From the NCBI RefSeq assembly GCF_009914755.1, contig NC_060940.1: a DNA stretch of 64,000 bases; one strand, 5' to 3'. How positions within the stretch are numbered: the first letter of the stretch is position 1; each line of letters opens with the position of its first letter. The position numbers were made by a program, and so were the translations under genes. Shown in pieces: positions 56,474 to 64,000 of the stretch. Under the pieces are notes generated by a model. That model was given only the letters and a program-made list of their open reading frames with translations. It searched no databases and was not told the DNA's origin. This DNA comes from the human T2T-CHM13v2.0 reference genome, Homo sapiens.

Positions 56474-56852
56474 TGTATTAGTCTCTTCTTGCATTGCTAT
56501 AAAGAAATACCTGAAACTGGGTAATTTATAAAGAAAAGAGGTTTCATTGACTTCCAGTTGTCTAGGCTGTACAGGCTTCTGCTTCTGGAGAGGCCTCAGG
56601 GAACTTACAATAATGGCAGAAGGTAAAGGGGAAGCAGGTATATCTTACATGGTTGGAGTAGGAGGAAGAGAGAGGGGGGAAGTGCCACACACTTTTAAAC
56701 AGCCAGATCTTTTGAGAACTTACGATCATGAGAACAGCAAGGAGGAAATCCACCCCCATGATCCAGTCATCTCCCGCCAGGTCCCTCCTCCCACACTGGG
56801 GATTACAATTCAACATGAGATTTGCGTACGAACAGAAATGCAAACCACGTCA
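56474..56852 (-). mobile_element. MSTA-like MaLR solo LTR
   Basis: tgtattagtc...gcattgctataaagaaatacctga...caaaccacgtca; perfect TSD AACTT at 56469-56473 and 56853-56857. Confidence 0.93.
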
Positions 56853-57462
56853 AACTTGACCTTAAAAGATGATTGATGGACTTCTGGGCCCTGGTTTTCA
56901 TGTAAGGAGCTTGAAAGTCACCACTCCATCCCAAAAATAAGTAAACAGCTGAACTAACTGAAAAATCAACAGCTCTTCTCAGATTTGTAAGAGAATTCAG
57001 GTCAAGTGGAAAACCACTCCCCCAAAAATGAAAGAGAAAGATAGACAGATATGGAAAATTTCAAGTTACTGGTGCAGAAACCCAGGAGCTGAAACTTCTA
57101 ATGGAACCAATGTCAGTGTAAGAAAGACTAACCCGTAATTGATGAATTGCTGGGGGCTTGGTGTGGAAAATTCTGAGCATTAAAATCTTCAGAGGAATCT
57201 CCACACTTTTGTGAAATGTATGTCCAGGAGCTCAACCAGGCTTTCATAATAAATATTGAAGAAAACTTCCCTTGTGCTTCTGGCCAAGGAAGAAGAAAAT
57301 AAACTATTTTGAAATAAGCCAGATCACTCTGTTCTTAATAAGGTCTGCCCTCAAGAGAAACTATTTTACCAGAGTCCACAGTGCTGGGGTTTTATCAGAT
57401 TCTAACTGGCTTGGTGGAAGGGAAACTCCCAACTCCAGCTCACACTAGTCATCATGTCCAAC

Positions 57463-57860
57463 TGACAGTGTTTGGATGTTTGTCCTTCCAAATCTCATGT
57501 TGAAATGTAATCCCCAATGTTAGAGGTCAGGCCCAGTGGGAGGTGTTTGGGCAATGGGAGTGAATGTCTCTTGAATGGTTTGGTGCCCTCCCTGCAGTAC
57601 TGAGGTCATGTGAGAGGTGATTGTTTTAAACAGCCTGACACCTCTGCTTCTCTCTCTTGCTCCCACTCTCGCTGTGTGACACATTGGTTTTCTCTCATGC
57701 TCTACCATGATTGGAAGCTTCCTAAGGCCCTCACCAGAAGGCAATGCCAGAACCATATTCCCTGTACAGCCTGTAGAACTGTGAGCCAAAATAAACCTTT
57801 TTCTTTATAAATTACCCAGTCTCAGGATTTTCTTTGTAACAATGCAAATGAACTAGCACA
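57463..57860 (+). mobile_element. MSTB-like MaLR solo LTR
   Basis: tttggatgtttgtccttccaaatctcatgttgaaatgtaatcccc...ataaattacccagtctcagg...actagcaca; TSD ccaac/ccacc. Confidence 0.92.
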
Positions 57861-58549
57861 CCACCTAAGGGGCAGAAATGGAGAATGAGAAACACATAAA
57901 AGAGTCACAGTACAGAAGAAAAGGCTCAGTAAAAGACTGAGACTTTAAAATAGTTCTACAGAATCTATATATTCCATATTCATGAATAGGAAAATGCAAC
58001 ACTGTTAATACATCGGTTTTTTCAAACTTGATTTTTAGGTACAATGGAATCCCAATCAACATTGCAGCAATTTTTTGTACATTAGAGTGATCATGACATT
58101 TTCATGGGGAAGCAAAAAACCTAAAGCCAAAAAGATACTGAAGGATAAGAGCAAAATTGGAGAATTGACACAGCTAGATTTTAAGACTTACTTTAAAGCT
58201 ACAATAATCAAAATGGTGTGGTACTGGAAGAAGAATAGACACATAGATAAATGGAACATAATAGAGACCAGAAATAGACCCACATAAATATTTCCAGCTG
58301 ATCTGTGACAAAGGAACAAATGTGATACGATGGAGAGAAGATAATCTTTTCAACAGATGCTGCTAGAACACCTAGACATCTACCTTAAAAAATGTATCTA
58401 GACCTAGAGCTAACACCCTTCATAAACATACTCAAACAAATCTCAAGATGCATTACAAACATAATTGTAGAATGCAAAACTGCAAAAGTTCTAGGAGATA
58501 ACAGAAGAAAATCCAGATGGCTTTGGGCTTGATGATGACTTTAAAAATA

Positions 58550-59118
58550 TAATTACAACTTTTATTTTAGATTCAGGGTATATATGTGCAGGTTTGTTAC
58601 ACGTATATTGCACAATGCTGAAGTTTGTGGTATAATTGATCCTGTCACACAAATAGTGAGCATAGAACCCAATAATTAGTGCTTCAACATTTTTTCACCT
58701 CTCTCCCTTCACTCCTTTGTATTCCCCGGTGTCTATTTTTGCCATCTTTATGTCTGTGAGTACCCAATGTTTAGCTCTCATTTATCAGTAATTACATGCA
58801 GTATTTGGTTTTCTGTTCCTGTATTAATTCACTTTGGATAATGGTCTGCAGCTGAATTGTTGTTAATGCAAAGGACATGGTTTCTTTCTTTTTATGGCTT
58901 TGAAGTATTCCATGGTGTACATGTACCACATTTTATTTATCCAATCTACAGTTGATGGGCACCTGGGCTGATTCCATGTCTTTGTTATTGTGAATAATGC
59001 TGCGATCAACATATGAGTACATTTGTCTTTTTGATGGAATGGTTTATTTTCTTTTGGATATATACCCAGTAATGGGATTCCTGGGTCGAATGTTACTTCT
59101 CTTTTAAGTTCTTTCGTG
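58550..59118 (-). mobile_element. L1PA15/16-like 3' fragment nested in L1MC
   Basis: ttttattttagattcagggtatatatgtgcaggtttgttac...gtacccaatgtttagctc...ggatatatacccagtaatgggatt. Confidence 0.9.
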
Positions 59119-62100
59119 ATTGATGAAAGCAGTAATTGATAAGCTGAACTTTATTAAAATTAAAAGTTTCTGCTTTGTGAGACACCAGGAAGAGAATAAA
59201 AAGGCAAGTCAAATACAGGGAGAATATATTTGCAAAAGATACATCTGATAATAGACTATTGTGAAAACAAAGTATCTTAAATGAATACAAAGAACACTTA
59301 AAATTCAACAGTAAGGAAACAACCCAAATAAAGAGTAGGTCAAAACCTGAACAAACACCTTAGCACAGAAGATACGGTCATGATAAATAAACATATAAAA
59401 AGATAATTCGCATCATACATCATCAGGGAAATGCAAATCTAAACAACACTGAGATTTCACTACATATTTGATAACAACAAATGCTGATGAGGATGTGGAG
59501 CAACAGGAACTTTTGTTTATTGATGGTGGGAATGCAAAATATTACAGACACTTTGGAGACACTTTGAGAGCTCCTTAGAAAACTAAACATAGTCTTACCA
59601 GGTGATCCAGCAATTGAGCTCCTTGATATTTACCCAAAGAAATTGAAAACATGTCTATACAAAAATATGAAAATATATCAATAGAAGGTTTATTCATAAT
59701 TTCCAAAACCTGAAAGCAACTAAGATGTGTTTCAGTAGGTGACTGGATTAATAAGCTCTGGTATATCTAGACAATGGAATATTATTCTCTGCTAAAAAAA
59801 ATGAGTTATCAACCCATAAAAACACATGGAGGAAATTTAAATGCATATTACTAAGTAAAAAAGAAGCCAATCTGAAAAGCCTATATACTGTATGATTCCA
59901 ACCATATGACATTTTGTAAAAGACAAATATAGAGACAGTAAAAAGATTTGTGGTTGTCAGCGGTTGACAGGAGGGAGGGATGAAGGAAAGAGAGAGAAAA
60001 AAAGAGTGAGAAAGAGATAATCTAAGAATATCCCTCTTTCTTGGTGAAGCTCATTGAAAATGTTTTATTGTTGGCCACTCACGGCAGTTCAAACAGGAGC
60101 TGACAAAGAACCAGAAGTAGCCTAGCTATGTATACGGAAACTCACTGCTAATGAAACTTGGATCACTGGCAGGTGACTTAGCCAATGTATTTCTCTGAAA
60201 ATATTAAAATCTCATGTTTCCTTCAATGCTGGGATCAAAGGTTAATTCCTTTAAAGTGTTCCTGGTTCTTTGTTGGAAATGTATTTTTATTCTTCTAGTC
60301 TTGATATACTCCCAGTAGTCTTACTCTAAGAAGTCCTCTCACAGAAGCGAAATGAACTGTAGGCAGATTTGTCATATTTATGTATTTGCTTTATTTCTCT
60401 AATATATTACACATTCTATTCAACTTGAAGTGGGGTGGCTTACACACTTATCTTTCTCACTAGACTTGTAAGTCTCTTTTGGCCAGGGACCATTAATTTT
60501 TTTCTTTCTTCTCGCATTTCAGGAAAATTCAGTCTCAGAAAAATATTTTTATTCTATTTGTTTGATGTGTAACAGCTTACAAAATGCTTACATGTACATG
60601 AAGTGTTTGGCATTCTCCGTTTTATAATACAGTAAGTGAAATATGTGTCGCTATTTTCATTTTATTAATGGTATAAGTGTGGCCCATGTGAACCTTTCAT
60701 AATTATACTGGAAGGGTTGTGATTCACACTCATCTTTCCAGAAACTAATCCAGTATATATTTTGTTAGACCGTGTTTATCTCAGCACTCATGGTCCCAGC
60801 AGCGCCACATTACGTATGTCCTTAAATATATTCAAATATACATAGTGGGAATTTAAAGGAATCCTTAAAGTATTTCTCTGAGAAAAAAAAAATGAGTATG
60901 ATGTTTTTGGATAAGAGATGAGGTCTTTAGACATGAATCCCCAGTAATAACAAAGAAGACACTGGCAAGAGGGTGAAACTGCCCTAGCTTTTCCAGTGCT
61001 CACTTTTCCTAGTTTAATTACACATGAAATATGCAAATCACAATTTGGTGAACGTATACAGATGTCACAAACAAACACAAGTGCATTTTCAAGAGCGACT
61101 TTAATTTTCCTTCTTTTCATCCTAATTGACAACATTTGTAGGAAGAGCACAGTTTGAGCAGTTAAAAAAAAAGCCGGGAAAATTAAATACAGAGACATTC
61201 TGAACTGCGTAATATGTCTCCTCTTTCATTAAGAGAATGAAACATTTTCAGTGCCCTTTATAGTTTTAATTAAGTATGTCAGTATAATACTTAATTGAGA
61301 GAAATATGCAAATTATTGTTTCTTTATAAGGCCAAAGCTAAATAAACACAGCGTTCTGCAAGTACCCATCTCATTATGTATTGATGCAGAAGTCTTGTGC
61401 AGATTAAGTTATTGCAGGCAGTTCTTTTTACCTAGAAATTTGTCCCAAACATTTTCATGTTAGTTATCTGTATAAAAATACTAGCAAATTTGATTTTTTT
61501 CAATATCAGCATGTAATATCTCTTGGAGAAATGCTGTGCCGTTCTTAAATAAAACTAATATGACTAATACCAACGGCCAGCACGTTCCCTGTCTGTGGTG
61601 TAGGTACTTTTGTCTATGAAGACTAGATCAGGCTGCTCTACCATCTCTCCTTCAGTGCCAATCCAAGCATTCTGATTTAATCTTGCAAGAGTGAATGTAC
61701 CATACTGTCTAGATATTAACAACAAGCAGATGTGTGAGATACTGAGGACTAGGAAGAACTTGCTTAAACCGCTCCTTATGGTTACTGTATCTAAGTCATC
61801 ACAGGCAGATAGATACACATCAAACACGCTAATGTATTTTTCTGCTTGTTCTCAGACATCTTAACACCCAATAGTTCCCCTGAGCCACATTACTAACTCC
61901 TCTTGAATATCTGCATTTCTCTGACTTTATCCTGTGTACAAGGGATAGTCTTTTATGGAGATGCCCTTTTCTTCCTCTGTGTCTTGAAATTTTAATCATC
62001 TTTTTCACTAATTTAAATATTTTTTTCTGTGAAGTTTTCCCTACTATTCTTAGGGATCATTTGTTCCTCACTCTTTATGATGTTAGCTCTTTACACATTT

Positions 62101-62838
62101 ATTGGTGGTATCAGTTATTATAACACATTGCCATTAATTTGTAGTGCTGTCCTCGACCTCTCCACATCTGCCCCCAAATTGCGATTTCTTTATCACTCTA
62201 AACCTATTGTTATTCATCTTTTATGGCCCATTTTCCCAATCCCTTTGAAACTTAATAGGCATATTATAGATGTTAGCAATTTAAAGTTCCTTTGTGTGAC
62301 ACCTTTATTGCTAAGTGTCTAAGATATATTATTGATAAAGATTGCATTAGATATTGTTTTGGGGAAATATTTAAATATTCATTGGACAACATATTCAGCA
62401 GGATTAAAGTGATTCTGTAATTATGCAAATGACTAAAGAAATGTGTTTTTGACCTTACATTTTTAAAATTGTTGACGACATGTTTAAACATTACCATACT
62501 TGCCCAGCCTTTTTCTCATCAGTGAAATGCTGCATCCTATGTGAATTTAATGAGGGTTAACTGAAAGAGAAATAGAAGTTATTTACCCTCTGATTATAAA
62601 ACGATATGGCTGTCTGTTTATAACCTCATGTAAAATGAACCCTTTCATTAATAGTGAACGTTAGTCATTATGTATGGATTTTTATTTATTTCTGCTTGTC
62701 TTTATTAGGTATACCTAGTCCATTATTTTCAGCCTGGGACAGAAACACTCATTTCTGGAATGCATCCAGTTTCTTCAATCTGGCACGGGCTTGCTCACCT
62801 GTGTGTACCAGTACATGCATTTTCTCAGCCTTGGTTAT

Positions 62839-63238
62839 TGTATTAGTCCATTCTCACACAGCTATAAAGAACTGCCTGAGACTGGGTAATTTAATAAAGA
62901 AAAGAGGTGTAATTGACTCATAGTTCCGCATGGCTGGGGAGTCCTCAGAAAACTTACAACCGTGGCAGAAGGCACATCTTCACAGGGGAAGAAAACTTGG
63001 ACCTTCTTACGTGGCGACAGGAAAGAGAAGAGTCCGGAGCGAGGGTGAAAGAGCCCCTTATAAAACCATCAGATCTCATGAGAACTCACTTACTATCATC
63101 AGAACAGCATGAGGGAAACCGCACCCATGATCCAATTACCTCCACCTGGTCTGACTTTGACACCTGGGGATTATGAAGATTATAGGGATTATAAGTGAAT
63201 AGGAGAACGGCATGGGGACACAGAGCATAATTGTATCA
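62839..63238 (-). mobile_element. THE1D-like MaLR solo LTR
   Basis: tgtattagtccattctcacacagctataaagaactgcctgagactggg...ggggacacagagc...tatca; perfect TSD GTTAT at 62834-62838 and 63239-63243. Confidence 0.92.
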
Positions 63239-64000
63239 GTTATTTTCTCCACACTTCTTCATTGCACCTTTCCTTCTCTGTCAAGGCAACATCACCGTAA
63301 CCCTTCTCTTACATATCTTCTCTGACTGTCCCTATTATTAAATAAACACCCTCATCTATGCTCCAATAATACACTATTTACTACTTCTTTTGACGCATTT
63401 ATTAATCCTTCCATTCAATAATTGTTCACTGAACACCTCCTTTATATTTGGAACTGAGGGTATAATTGAAAGTAGTAATACCCGTGATGTTTTTCCTCCT
63501 AGAGTTAGGTCTGGTTTAAGAATTGCTCCTGCATCAGACATTTCAGACATATTAAATGCATATGTGTTTGTCGCCCTATTAGATTCTGAACTCTCATCTG
63601 GGACAGGAGCTGCATATCTGAGCATTTAGGGCTGGGGAAAGTGGTACTCAGTGAAGTTTTGACTGAATGGTTACCCAAAGAACTTTGCATTTGTTTAGTC
63701 TAATTCTCAATCAACTGACCAGTAAATCATTAGTAAACTATTCAATTATCTTGGTAGAGTTGGAAATATATTTTAAGTATTCTTGCAATGCAGTGTTCTG
63801 CATAAAATTAGAGCTCACTAAATCTTCTTTGATTAGTTGAAGGCCACTATGGATTCACCCCTATGCCATAATACATATGAATGAGTCTAATAATAAGATA
63901 AAGCGGTTATGTGTCACTGTTTCTGTTTACTGGGCATATTCGATTGAGTATGTAATCACACCTTAGCTCTAATGACATCAGGTCTGTGAATGTAAGGTTC

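Larger units (their letters stand above)
56879..59985 (+). mobile_element. L1MC-type element (5' end, ORF2 3' half, 3'UTR) interrupted by MSTB and an antisense L1PA
   Basis: The 5' block catgtaaggagcttgaaagtcaccactcc...aactgaaaaatcaacagctcttc resembles the L1MCa 5' end. ORF 58075 ([28 protein letters not shown]) is ORF2. L1MC1/2-like 3'UTR at ~59800-59970. Confidence 0.75.

Overview
AT-rich, CpG-poor, repeat-dense primate (most likely human) genomic DNA with no credible protein-coding exon. Every ORF in the supplied track is explained by L1 ORF2 remnants, Alu/LTR sequence or chance. The window holds about a dozen Alus (S and Y subfamilies, many with target-site duplications), L1 fragments (L1PA/PB/MA/MB/MC types), LTRs (MLT2, THE1D x2, LTR1, MLT1, MER41A, LTR8, MST x2), DNA transposon fossils (MER2, MER20, MER5, MER119) and MIR/L2/L3 remnants. 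Subfamily names come from my memory of consensus sequences, and boundaries without TSDs are approximate. The only gene-like signal is a 74-nt non-coding exon candidate on the minus strand (25375-25448) with a strong-Kozak upstream ATG. It suggests the window lies in a very long 5'-UTR intron; DAB1 is an unverified guess. Other notable structures: a THE1D provirus collapsed by an internal deletion and then invaded by LTR1 and an Alu that hit the LTR1 TATA box, a full bipartite CTCF motif near 10.06-10.09 kb, and a 32-bp near-perfect palindrome made of two ISRE-like arms near 55.4 kb. I found no convincing evidence of a wholly new biological system.
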